In this document: positions 1 through 10,720 of the stretch, in pieces
Layout: the number at the start of each line of letters is the position of its first letter
Numbering within the stretch: position 1 is the first letter of the stretch
Source of the DNA: Scyliorhinus canicula
Taxonomy: Eukaryota
Assembly (NCBI RefSeq): GCF_902713615.1
Contig: NC_052151.1
Span: 220,746,863 to 220,810,862, forward strand
DNA: 64,000 bases
Direction: 5' to 3'
The notes under the pieces: model-generated
Databases searched by the model: none
Told to the model about the DNA's origin: nothing
Seen by the model: the letters and a program-made list of their open reading frames with translations, nothing else
Program-made: the position numbers and the translations under genes

Positions 1-844
1 AGTCGGCTGGTTCAACGATTCGGATCCTCAGGCTCGACATCTTATCGTTCCCACTTTTTGTGATTTCAAATCCACTTTTGAAGCTCTCTTCGTATTGAAC
101 TTCATTGCCTCTATACTTACTGCCGATCAACGTGAATCCTTCTCCGGGAATGAGGCGATACCAGAGCATGGTAGCACGCACTGTCTCATTCTGGAGACAA
201 TTAAACCGGACCTCCTGTCCTTGTTCAACAGCGATTGAGGCCGGCCACTGATGTATGACATCCGCCAAAAGACATTCTGAATAGAAACAGGTGACAGTTT
301 AATTAACCGCATGCTTTTCAAAATTCCTACATGTTGATAAACTCCTTGGCCATTCGAATTGATGCTTCATGAATATCCGACATTAAAGCGAGTTTCAGCT
401 GCATGCAAGTTTTCCAACACACAATGCCAGTATAAATAAAGAAATCCTATAAATCTCGCGTTATCAGCAAATTGAAAAGTGGGTAATGAATAACCATGTA
501 ATGCTCGGCACAACATCGAGGGCCGAAGGGCATGTTCTGTGCTGTACTGTTCTATATGTTCTATGTTAAAGAACAATTCAACTCTGGAAGCGTAAGTTTA
601 ATTTTGAATATATTTTGGCAGTTACAGTATATTTAGTGCCTGTTCGGTAGATTCGTTCTAATTGTATTGAATTATTCTTGTTAGATTTTATTCTTCTGGT
701 GGACATGTAATTATTCTGTAAAATTTCAGTACCGCATAATTTTCTAAATTTGGTTCACCATGAGAGAATAGCAAGGTTGTGAGACAAAATGATCTTACTT
801 GGCGTCAGATGAAGAAGAGCAAAGACAAGACAATTGAGCTGCAT
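1..844 (-). CDS. TRBV: T-cell receptor V gene segment V-a (family A, TRBV-like). Leader exon 799-844, V exon 1-276, truncated by the window edge before Cys104 and the RSS
   Basis: Leader ATG..MQLNCLVFALLHLTP + 1 nt, then GTAAG donor (46 nt). Acceptor ttctattcag, then (K)CLLADVIHQWPASIAVEQGQEVRFNCLQNETVRATMLWYRLIPGEGFTLIGSKYRGNEVQYEESFKSGFEITKSGNDKMSSLRIRIVEPAD: open frame with Cys23 and Trp41 of an Ig V domain; paralog of V-d. Confidence 0.9.
495..570 (+). mobile_element. 3' tail fragment of HE1-type SINE / HER1-type LINE
   Basis: ctcggcacaacatcgagggccgaagggc..gttctgtgctgtactgttctat(atgttct)n; same tail as the copies at ~18.6 kb and ~37.9 kb. Confidence 0.7.
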
Positions 845-1194
845 GGCTGAGATCAAGTGTCCACATAATGTTTCAGTCAAGGGCTGAGAGTGATTCAGAG
901 GATGTAACGCCAAGGCCGGAAGTTGGCAAAGCAAATAGAAATAAAGAATGCGCGAGCCGCAGTCTTTTCGACTGTCAATCAGCAGTGAATGTTACCGACA
1001 TGAATGAGCTTCAATAATAAAGTCTCCCCTTCGTCCGACCGACTGAGTTTGATATGGGCCGGCGTCCGGATACAGTTTGTGTGGGGTGAAGGGGGGCGGC
1101 GGTGATGGGGTCCCAGTGCTAGGGGAGATGGTGATGGTTCGGATATCGGGGTGTTGGGGATGTGCATTATGGGGGTGAGGGACTATTTTATCCA

Positions 1195-1420
1195 TTGATG
1201 GGATTTGGGCATGGCTGAGCGGGCCACTATTTATTATTCATTTCAGAGTGATTATAGGAATCAGTCACATTGCAGTTGGATTGGGCCGGTACATTTCCTG
1301 CCATAAAGGGCATTGGTCAACTTATTTTATTACGAGAATGGTCAATGGTTTCATGGTCATCAGAAGACTTTGAACATTAATTAACTTCAAGCGGGGTTCC
1401 TGCCCCTCCATGCGGATAAG
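1195..1420 (-). mobile_element. Degenerate LF-SINE-like element
   Basis: aatggtttcatggtcatcagaagacttt is the reverse complement of the gatgaccatgaaac(c/g)attg core seen in the better-preserved copy at 38.3-38.5 kb. Confidence 0.45.
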
Positions 1421-1494
1421 TCCAGACGCAGGGAGCAGCCGGCCAATCTGATTCTCCGAACACTCGCTGGTGTTTGAAGTACCTGAAGCTATTA

Positions 1495-1745
1495 AATCTC
1501 TACAGTGCAGAAGAAAACTATTCGGCCAATAGAGTCGGCACCGACCCTTTGACAGTTTGCCTGGGCGCATGTCCCGGCCTCATCCCCGCATCACCGTCAG
1601 CTAACGGGCATATCTTTGGACACTGAGGTGACATTTAGTATGGAAAATCCACCTGACCTTCAAATGTTTCAGCTTTGGGAGGAAACCGGAGTACCGGAAG
1701 AAACCTAGGCAGCCACTGTGACCCCTCTACAGACCCACCCCAGGG
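1495..1745 (-). mobile_element. Degenerate HE1/V-SINE copy
   Basis: cagtgcagaagaa..attcggcc tail and tttggg aggaaaccggag body, matching other copies in the window. Confidence 0.6.
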
Positions 1746-1869
1746 GCACCAAAACAGTTTTCCCTCATCGTGGTTAGACACGCAATGCGTAAAGCGTTGC
1801 CGATGCGCCAGAGTGCTGAACACTTCAGGTCAAACATTTTCAAGCAGAGTATACCAGAGCATGCAGCTG

Positions 1870-2935
1870 CCGGGTACCTAGCTGGGTTCGGCAGCTGCCC
1901 ACAACTCTGTTACCCAACAGGAAATACCGTCCTCAGCAATCTGTTGTGTTCCCATTTATTAATAGCGTCGGTTAACTTCATTGAAAAAGGAACACATTTG
2001 AGTGGATGGAGGGAAGGTGGTGGTCGAGGAGTTGGAGGGATGAGCATGGCTTCGGAGTAAATTAGCTGTTTATTCGAAGCCGAGAGCAGGAAATATTGTG
2101 AAGGCAATGCTGTCTAATGTGCAAAGGTACAAAACCTTGGTGAGGCCACATTTGGAGTACTATGTGCAGTTCTGGTCGCCTCATTTTAGGATGGATGTGG
2201 AAGCTTTGGAAAAGGTGCAAAGCAGATTTACCAGGATGTGGCCTGGAATGGAGAGTAGGTCTTACGAGGAAAGGTTGAGGGTGCTCGGCCTTTTCTCATT
2301 AGAACGGAAAAGGATGAGGGGCGACTTGATAGAGGTTTATAAGATGATCAGGGGAATAGATAGAGTAGACAGTCAGAGATTTTTCCCCCGGTAGCATTGT
2401 GGATAGCACAATTGCTTCACAGCTCCAGGGTCCCAGGTTCGATTCCGGCTTGGGTCACTGTCTGTGCGGAGTCTGCACATCCTCCCCCTGTGTGCGTGGG
2501 TTTCCTCCGGGTGCTCCGGTTTCCTCCAACCGTCCAAAGATCTGCACGTTAGGTGGATTGGCCGTGATAAATTGCCGTTAGTGGCCCAAATTTGCCCTTA
2601 GTGTTGGGTGGGGTTACTGGGTTATGGCGTTATGGGGATAGGGTGGAGGTGTAAATCTTGGGTAGGGTGCTCTTTCCAGGAGCCGGTGCAGACTCGATGG
2701 GCCGAATTGCCTCCTCCTGCACTGTAAATAATATGTCTATTACAAGGGGACATAAATTTAAGGTGAATGTTGGAAGATATAGGGGGATGGCAGAGGTAGG
2801 TTCTTTACCCCACAGAGTAGTGGAGGCATGGAATGCACTGCCTGTGGAAGTAGTTGAGTCGGAAACATTAGGGACCTTCATGCAGCTATTGGATAGGTAC
2901 ATGGATTACGGTAGAATAATGAAGTGTAGATTAAT
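1870..2935 (+). mobile_element. CR1-clade (HER1-like) LINE 3' fragment, interrupted by a SINE
   Basis: YKTLVRPHLEYYVQFWSPH...LFSLERKRMRGDLIEVYKMIRGIDRVD and TRGHKFKV..VVEAWNALP are typical CR1 ORF2 C-terminal motifs. Confidence 0.85.
2391..2730 (+). mobile_element. HE1/V-SINE family tRNA-derived SINE nested in the LINE
   Basis: tRNA-like head (gatagcac...ggttcgattcc), V-domain gtgggtttcctccgggtgctccggtttcc, LINE-like tail gatgggccgaa. Confidence 0.85.
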
Positions 2936-2946
2936 TTGTTCTTAAG

Positions 2947-3385
2947 AGCAGCATGGTAGCATTGTGGATAGCACAATTGATTCACAGCTCCAGTGTCCCA
3001 GGTTCCATTCCGGCTTGGGTCACTGTCTGTGTGGAGTCTGCACATCCTCCCAGTGTATGCGTGGGTTTCCTCCGGATACTGCGGTTTCCACCCACAGTCC
3101 AATGATGTGGTTAGGTGGATTGGCCATGATACATTGCCCTTAGTCTCCGAAATTGCCCTTAGTGTTGGGTGGGGTTACTGGGTTATGGGGGATAGGGTGG
3201 AGGTGTTGACCTTGGGTAGTGTGCTCTTTCCACGAGCCGCTGCAGACCCGATGGGCCGAATGGCCTCCTTCTGCAGTGTAAATTCTACGATAATCTATGA
3301 TTAATCTAGGACAAAAGTTCGGCACAGCATCGTGGGCCGAAGGGCCTGTTCTGTGCTGTATTTTTCTACGTTCTATGTTCTATAA
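2947..3385 (+). mobile_element. HE1/V-SINE copy followed by a LINE tail
   Basis: Near-identical to the 2391-2730 copy; ends gggcctgttctgtgctgta..gttctatgttcta. Confidence 0.85.
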
Positions 3386-3670
3386 TGGAATTTTGGAATG
3401 ACGATTCTGCAATACACATTCAAACAAAGGAAATCGAACATGTAGGTGATCACGAACAACACCCATGGTTGCGAGAAACGAAAGAGGCGTGGTGCTGTTT
3501 ACCATCTGGTTCTGTAAAATGAGCTGGGACCAGCAATGGGAACAGAATGGCTTCTTCTGTCTTACACTATTCTCTAATTCCATGGTCTGGTTCCATTCAA
3601 TGTGCGTCAAACATCAAACTTATGCTGCCACCTAATGGCAGAAAGACACCTAATATCAACGCAAATTGTC

Positions 3671-3709
3671 GGTTTTTGTAGCTGCAGAGCCGCCGTCTGA
3701 AACGCTGTG
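3671..3709 (-). other. 23-RSS of V-b: heptamer CACAGCG, 23-nt spacer, nonamer ACAAAAACC
   Basis: Heptamer 3703-3709, spacer 3680-3702 (tttcagacggcggctctgcagct, 23 nt counted), perfect nonamer 3671-3679, abutting the V exon. Confidence 0.95.
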
Positions 3710-4570
3710 CGAGACTGCAAGCGCAGAAGTAGACAGCGCTTTGAGATGAAGAAAGATTTGCCATATTCAGAGTAAACAACGTTTCACTGTTTCTTTTGGC
3801 TTCAAAAGACTCAGATGTGTAAGCTGTCGTTTCCCCTTTTCCAAACGAGTAGAATAACGCTTCCAGGGTCCGGTCTTGTCGTTGTCTGTACCAGTACATA
3901 TAGCTGTATGCAGTATTCGTTAGAATGCAACGAAGTGTTGTCGATTGTCCGACTTCAATCGATATACTGGAAGGTGACTGTTCCACGAAAGTGGCAAACG
4001 TTCCTGTGAAGTGGAAGAAAGTACAGGCTCACATCGCTTCTAATGACGGGTTGGAAAACGGGTTACATGTGTGGAAAGATTTACATTCACATAGCGCCCA
4101 TCAGAACTTCTTGCGCGCTTCACATAACAAAGTATATATTTAAGTGCTCTCAGCTAAAATATAGGCAAAGCCGTGGACAATTTACGACGGAAAATTCAAA
4201 TCAATAGCAACATTACAATTCTCATGCTTTATGTGCTCTATTTGGAGTTGGGTCCGTTTCAAATCTTTATCCTGGACACAGGAACTACCGTTCGACAAGT
4301 GTAGCTATGAGATCATTTGGGGCACTGAAGAGGACATTCATGGTGGATATTACAACGAAACGGATGCCACCCTAAAGGGGAAGGTTTACGAATTAGAAAC
4401 AGCAAGAGTATAATGTCACCTCATCCATCTTGAATGAGATTCGAACCTTTAACTCTCTGATATTAGAGCGTTACCGACTAAACTGCAGCTAACAATATAA
4501 GGTACCGGGTTCATAACTTACCAGGCAAAAGTGCAGCCATTGATATCAGATAACAAAGTTCATGCAACAT
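3710..4570 (-). CDS. TRBV: T-cell receptor V gene segment V-b (family B, TRBV30-like), apparently functional. Leader 4522-4570, V exon 3710-4003
   Basis: Leader MLHELCYLISMAALLP + G|gtaag (49 nt); acceptor cacag|GA; open V exon ..VEQSPSSISIEVGQSTTLRC..YMYWYRQ..LEALFYSFGKG..SAVYFCACSL; intact 23-RSS. The WYRQ..LFYSxG.G..S/KR pattern resembles mammalian TRBV30 (recalled, not aligned). Confidence 0.92.
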
Positions 4571-4663
4571 TTTTCATTGGCAAGTAGTTGGATGTGAGGA
4601 CGACTTTGGACCAACTCCGCAAAGAATGCAGTTTCTCTTCTGCACCCTCTGAAATAACAAACA

Positions 4664-4698
4664 TGTGGTTGTCCTGACAAGACAAAGTCATTTCCTGT
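4664..4698. promoter_or_regulatory. Candidate V-b promoter motifs: RUNX (TGTGGTT, 4664-4670) and ETS (ACAGGAA on minus, 4692-4698)
   Basis: Motifs lie 95-130 bp upstream of the leader ATG; short motifs, function inferred. Confidence 0.35.
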
Positions 4699-5107
4699 TC
4701 AACGGAAGTACTTTTCTGAGCTGGTCCCCCCTATTGGGCATTTCAGTAAAATTGTAGAATGATGTTGGACAGTACGACAGGCAGGTACTGCAGAGAAGGA
4801 TTTTTAAAAATTTCCGTCCTGATTCCTCAGAGTAGAATGGAAGGGTTAATGTATCTAGTGGGTTGTCGGGAATACAGAGTCCACAGGGTGAATAGAATCG
4901 GCACAAGTACACATCATAGATGAGGAAAGCTGTGTCTGTGCTCCCCAATATTCACATTGCCTGGAAGTGAATTGAGATGGAACATTAGGATCTTTCAAAT
5001 GAGAATTGGCCAATCAATTGGACTGGAAGATACCTGGCCTGTAGGGGAAAAAAAACAATAGACATAGGGTGGACGGAATTCAGGTCAGTAACGTGATTTT
5101 ATATACA

Positions 5108-5421
5108 TAGAACATACACTACAGAAGGAGACCATTCGGCCCATAGAGCCTGCACCGACCCACTTAAGCCCTCACTTCCACCCTATGCCCATAACTCAAT
5201 AACCCCTCCTAACCTTTTTGGACACTAAGGGTTATTTATCATGCCCACCTAATGTGCACGTCTTTTGGACTGTGTGAGGAAAGCCGGAGGACCCGGAGAA
5301 ACACACGCAGACACGGGGAGAACCTGCAGACTCCACACAGATAGTGACGCAGCGGTGAATCGAACCTGGGACCCTGGCGCTGTGAAGCCACAGTGCTAGC
5401 CACGTGTGCTATCGTGCTGCC
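5108..5421 (-). mobile_element. HE1/V-SINE copy
   Basis: Reverse complement of SINE tail, V-domain and tRNA head. Confidence 0.8.
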
Positions 5422-5469
5422 CTATGTGCCTGTTGATGCCCATTTTGTGTCCGTTGATGCATAGAGTCA

Positions 5470-6720
5470 TGCATATTTCCAACACACTATTCAATAAACT
5501 TAATTGTCAAAATAGTGATAAGCACAAAACGTATTTTGTTACCATTCATTGATAGGGTGTGGGTGTCTCTGGTATAGGCACCACTTATTGCTCATTCCGG
5601 CTTTGTGCTGAGTTGACGATCGTCACAGATAGAGGCCGACGCTCAGGAAACGCCATTCAACACATCGCGCCTGAGCCTGTAAAATACAACCACCTAACTA
5701 TTCTTTCCCATATTCCAGCACTTGGCCCATAGCCGTGTCTGCCTTGGCATTGCAACTTGGCAAATGTTCTGATGATCGCAGCCTCTACCAACATTTCAGG
5801 CAGTGAGTACCAGACTCCCACCAGCCTCTGGGTTGAAATTTTTTTTCTCACATCCCCTCTAAACCTCCTGGCCTTTAACATAAATCTACGCCCCCTAGTC
5901 ATTGATCACCCACCAGAGGAAATGGCCCTTTCTATCTACTCCATCTATGCCACTCGTAACATTACTGATCTGAATTATACCTACGAGCAGTCTCCTCTGC
6001 TCCAAGGAAAAGGACTCCAGTCAATCCAATCTCTCTGAGTAGCCAAAACTCTCCATCACAGACAACATGATGGGAAATCTCCTCTCCACCCTTTCCAGTG
6101 TATCACATGGCCCATATAATGTGGATTGCAGAACTTCATGCTGTACTCTATCTGTGGCTTCACCAATGTTTCTTTTATCATCACAGCATCACCTCCCTGC
6201 CCTTAAGCACAATTCCTCGGCCACTAAGGCAAGCATAACATATGCTCTCATAAACACTGTTTATACCTTCCCAGCTAATTTAAGCAACGACTATGCATCT
6301 TTACCAATGTCCCTCTCGTTCTCGGTGGTCCCCAAATTCCGACTGTTTATAATGCGTTCTCCTGATATTTTTGCCCAGCGCAGATGAATCACCTCTCACG
6401 TATCATGATTAAATTCCATTGACCACTGATCAACCGCGGTGTCCAAACCGTCTACATCCTACTGCAATCGCAGGCTGCATTCCTCATTATATACCAACGC
6501 CCACATTTTCGTATCATCCAGTAATTTACTGATCAGTCTTCCTACATTCATGTCTACATCATTTATACAAACCACAAACAGCAAGGGCATCAAGAGACAT
6601 ATCCTGTGGCCAGAAAGGACTTGGAAATTGTTGCCAGCGCCCCTCTAATTTCCTCCTTTGCGCCACTCAACAGCCTGGGCCTTGAGATGGTGAACGGCCT
6701 TCACTATCACCACCATTATC
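5470..6720 (-). mobile_element. CR1/HER1-like LINE 3' fragment, decayed
   Basis: MTRGRRFMLKARRFRGDVRK..TQRLVGVWYSLP on minus; upstream remnants of the RT region. Confidence 0.75.
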
Positions 6721-6739
6721 ATCTGCACTCCATCATTTG

Positions 6740-6960
6740 GATTTGGATTTAGATTTGATTATTGTCACGTTTGCCCAGGTACAGTGAATAGTATTTTTCT
6801 ACGAGCAGCTGAAACAGATAATTTAATAAATGAAAATAAAAGAAAAAGAAAAAACATAAAAAGACAACACAAGCTCCACAATACAACTACATCGACAACC
6901 GGCATCGGGTGAAGCATGCAGGAGTGTAGTGTTAATCAGGTCATTTCGTAGGAGGGCACG
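6740..6960 (-). mobile_element. LINE 3' end with (TCCAA)n-type tail
   Basis: Reverse complement of the 61360-61590 element (ttattgtcacg...ggtacagtgaa..agtattttt..gagcagct). Confidence 0.6.
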
Positions 6961-7412
6961 TCGTGACGTTGCATTACTTATGGATTTCTGGCACATTTCA
7001 GAGAGTAATTGGAAGTCAGCTATATTGAAATTGGGCCGATGCATTTCAGACCCAATAAAGGCAGCAGGACATCTTTCGGAAAGCACATCAGAGGATCGTA
7101 TGTGTATTTATGACAATCGCTATTAGTTCTTAGGTCACAATATAGCTTTCAATTGCAGATATTTGTTAATGTAAGAGAATAGCAAATATTATTTCGAGGA
7201 GGCGACATAGACACAAGGAAGAAAGCAAATAAGGTTATTCGATCGGGTGAGATGAACAAGGGTGCAGCAGGTCTTTGTGATTTTAAGTTATTACCATCTA
7301 AACGCGTTTGCAGAGACCGTAATTGCTTAATGGGACTCTTTCGTTCGCAACAATTGTCTGATTTAACACAGTAAAGAACTTTTTCTTCTCTCCTTTTATG
7401 ATATCTAGGCAT

Positions 7413-7814
7413 TGATGTGTTGTGTAAGCTGGGTCTGCGAGGACTGCGTTTACTGCAGTGGTGAGAGAGACAGGCTTCCAACAATTGAAGAAATGCAACT
7501 CGATTTTATTGAACTCTTAACTATCATATACATTTTGACAGTGGATTGACACTGTGCTGAGTTGACTGGAGAGCTGAGGCTAACCTGATCAGACTATCTT
7601 ACTACCACATGGTGTATGTTCTAGTTGCTGCTCACGAGCTCTGACTGTCTCAGCAGCTGGATCCAGAAACAGCGGTAAAACTAGTGCCCTCTGGCTTTAT
7701 AGTGGCCGTGTCCTGTCTGGTGATTGGCTGCTGTGCTCTGTGTGTTCATTGGTCATCCTGTGTGAATCACTGCTTGTCTCTGCACCATCATATACCTGTG
7801 TTTATATTATGACA
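7413..7814 (-). mobile_element. Solo LTR (402 bp) related to the LTRs of the Gypsy element at 41-46 kb
   Basis: TG..CA ends (tgatgtgttg...tattatgaca), same length and collinear blocks (aaaactagtgccctctggctttatagtg, tgcaccatcatata); flanks GGCAT/GGCGT form a 5-bp TSD with one mismatch. Confidence 0.85.
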
Positions 7815-8699
7815 GGCGTCACTGCAATGTTACTTTTATTTCCCACCGATAATTGTCATTTAGTACGTGGTTGTGAGCTATATACTTCAACCTCTACAGT
7901 CGACGGAATGCAAGTACATCCAGGATGCAGGTAGGAAGGGAGGTCCGATATTTGAACCCAGCGACTGTGAAACAGATTCAATATAGGTCAAGGTCAGATA
8001 GGTGTGCTGCTTTACCAAGTATCTAATACGCCTGTTCTTCTGATTGGTAGTGGGACGCGATTCTATCGAATGAGCATGGGTGAGTTACTGCAGTCCATCT
8101 AATCGATGACACTCATCGTCTTTTCGTGCTTCATACAATGGAGCGTTCTGTTACTGTGTTCGATGTTTCGTTCAAAGGGTGTGGAAGGAAGGGGCGCCAG
8201 GCAGTTGCACAATCGTCATAAACACCTGGATCCCTGATGGAGGCGCTCCATTATGCATGCGATCTTAAACCGACCTTTCTCTCAGTTGGTCACCCCAGAT
8301 CTTTAAATGTTGGGCTGCTCTCATCTCTAATTGGTCTTGGAAAATTGCGTTGTCTTCATTTCCCGGCGCAGATCCGTGAAGCCTATACATTTTTTTCAAC
8401 TAACCTCACCGTTCCGCGGTAACAATGAAAGACATTCATTTAATGTGATGTAACTCCCATACCGCCATCTTTCCAATTTCAGCATGGGTTTTGGTGTCAC
8501 TACTCTAGGCCGCTATATTAGTGGTCTACCAATCTACCATAATGTTAGTGTAAAGTGGTAAAGAAGATTCAATGCTTTAATATTTAGTGATATGAATTCA
8601 TACTTTCTAAGAAAACAGTCACACGAAGATAACTTCCGGACTAGCTACCAAGCGGTTTTGACACAGATTCTGAAAAACAACGAGGAGGAATATGACCAG

Positions 8700-8910
8700 A
8701 ATGCCTTGTGGCATTGACCTTTTTTTGCAATTAATGGACAACTTAATGTGGCCATTCCACCTACCCTGCACATCTGTTTGTGTTCTGGGGGTGATACCCA
8801 CGTAGAAACGCGAGATTGTGCAAACTCCATACGGTCAGTGACCAGGGGCTAGGATCAATCCCGGGCCCTCGGCGCCGTCAGGCAGCGGTTCCAATCACTG
8901 TGCACCTTAT
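8700..8910 (-). mobile_element. Degenerate V-SINE-type copy
   Basis: ccacctaccctgcacatct..., caaactccatacggtcagtgacc, aatcactgtgcacc. Confidence 0.55.
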
Positions 8911-9423
8911 GCCTCAGCTTTAGAGCGATACCAGAGGCGAGTAATACACTGGCAGCAGTAGTGTTGAACATCAATGTGTAGGCAGACGGGAGAAGTTCCA
9001 ATGGCTGCGCACAATGTAGGAAGAGCAAGCGGAGATTTAGTAGAGCGTCTTCAAATAGGGAGTAGGTTCGTTAGTTTAATGACGAGTGGCCGCTTCTACT
9101 GATAGAAGGGCTGAAAAACCAAGAGGAACAGATCGAACGTAATTGACTAAATCATCTGGGGAGAAAGAGCGAAGTTCCTTTTGAGGATGAAGTTACGGTG
9201 ATCTTGCAGGCACAAGCATCTGAGAAGAAGATGGTTGCAGATTTAATGGTAGCATTGAAAATAGAGCGCGACTCGGCAAATCGGTGAAGGAAACCAATCG
9301 GGTGAGTGGAAAGACCCGGTCGTTTTTGCAGCTAACCTGCTTCTCTGAAAGCACTGCAACGGGGAAGACGGGAGGAATGAGTTCTCCGGCCCTGCATTGT
9401 TCCATGAATCCTAGATGGTGGCA

Positions 9424-9569
9424 GAAAATGAACCCAGAACAGCAATGTCTCACTGCCACCTTGTGACGGAAATTGAACCCACACAGCAATGTCTCACGTA
9501 CACCTTCTGGTGGAAAATGAACCCAGAACAGTAATGTTTCACTGCCATCTTGTGACGGAAATTGAACCC
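9424..9569. repeat. Short imperfect tandem duplication directly 3' of the V-c RSS
   Basis: gaaaatgaacccagaacag(c/t)aatgt(c/t)tcactgcca(c/t)cttgtgacggaaattgaaccc occurs twice, separated by a partial third copy. Confidence 0.8.
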
Positions 9570-9593
9570 GGAGCCACCGACTCGAAACCTGTC

Positions 9594-9632
9594 GGTTTTT
9601 GTAGCTGCAGAATCGCTTTCTCAAACGCTGTG
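9594..9632 (-). other. 23-RSS of V-c: CACAGCG, 23 nt, ACAAAAACC
   Basis: Heptamer 9626-9632, spacer 9603-9625 (23 nt), nonamer 9594-9602. Confidence 0.95.
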
Positions 9633-10590
9633 CAATACTACAAGCGCAGAAGTAGACAGCGTCGTAAGATGGAGCGGCCTCGATCAATTCCAACATAAAC
9701 AGTGTTTGGCTGGGCCTCTTGGCATTAAAAGACTCCGATGTGTAAGCTTGAATAGCATCCTTGCCAGCCGAAAAGAACAGAGCTTCGATTGCCTCGCCTC
9801 GTTGTTGTCTGTACCAGTACATGTTGGGGTAGCCAGTATTCTTCAGCTGGCATCTGAGTATTGTCGAGTCTCCTTTGGCTATCGATAGGAACGGAGGCGA
9901 CTGTTCAACGTCAGAGGCGAGAATTCCTGATGAATTGAATATCGAATCGATTCGAGGTTAAATCAAAAATGCGTTATAACCAGGGCACTGAAACAATTAG
10001 CTTGCATATATATGCAGTTATTAGAATCTCGTGACATCCGAACATGTTTTCGAACTATTTAAAAATGCAATGCTGATCACGAAATGCATGAAACGCCGTT
10101 GGGAATTGTGGACAGTACATTGCCGCAGACAGCAATCTGCTGATAACTAATTCATAAGGGCTCTTTTCAGCGGATTGATGTTTGAAAGGTGATGCAAGAC
10201 ACGGGGATAATCCTCTGCCCTCCGTGTCGAGCAAAGCGATCATTTCCGTGCACTCGCAAGGACTGATCCGATGACATGTTATCCAATGGCTGGCCGCTGT
10301 GAAATGTCATCCCTGCAGAGGCAGGCGCCGGAATGTGGCGACTAGGGTCTTTTCACGGTAACTTTAGTTGAAGCCTACTTGTTACAATAAGCGATTTTCA
10401 TTTCAAATTGTGTGTTTTAAATTTGAAGCCCCGCTTTTGGAAGAAGTGTGGAACATATGGGATTGTACCTCAGATATGGGATTGCAACAGCCTCAGTTAC
10501 AGCTGACCTTGCAATGCAATGAAGTTGAAATTTCGACTTACCTGGAAGAAGTGCAGCCAATGACATGACATAACAACATTCCAGCAACAT
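9633..10590 (-). CDS. TRBV: T-cell receptor V gene segment V-c (family B, TRBV30-like), apparently functional. Leader 10542-10590, V exon 9633-9926
   Basis: Leader MLLECCYVMSLAALLP + G|gtaag; acceptor ttcatcag|GA; V exon ILASDVEQSPPFLSIAKGDSTILRCQLKNTGYPNMYWYRQ..EALFFSAGK..DAVYFCACSI (294 nt, same length as V-b; about 57% aa identity by hand count); intact RSS. Confidence 0.92.
10315..10410 (+). mobile_element. 3' part of a second tRNA-derived SINE family
   Basis: ccggaatgtggcgactaggg..ttttcac.gtaactt..gaagcctact.gt.acaataagcgattttcatttc; also at 27.9 kb and 60.9 kb; lies in the V-c leader intron. Confidence 0.7.
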
Positions 10591-10693
10591 GGTCGTGTAC
10601 TTGGCCTCTCGTTCGGTGTGAGAACAGGGTTCAGTTCAATAGACAGTTAGATGGACGTTTCACTGCTGCATCTTGTTAAATGCTGAACATTTC

Positions 10694-10720
10694 ATTTGCA
10701 TTCTTATGCGAACGTCACTT
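10694..10720 (-). promoter_or_regulatory. Perfect octamer (ATGCAAAT on the coding strand, 10694-10701) next to a CRE/Vbeta-decamer-like AGTGACGTTC (10710-10719) in the V-c promoter
   Basis: Motifs read directly, about 105-130 bp upstream of the leader ATG at 10590. Confidence 0.5.

Noticed and set aside
2391-2460. tRNA genes at SINE heads (also 18330, 27830, 38270, 56443)
   Set aside because: Only A/B-box-like heads fused to SINE bodies; no complete cloverleaf or acceptor stem
9193-9632. C-terminal part of the 209-aa ORF (similarly the tails of ORFs 3597-3986 and 16335-16682)
   Set aside because: Read-through past the V exon into RSS and flank; not part of a rearranged protein
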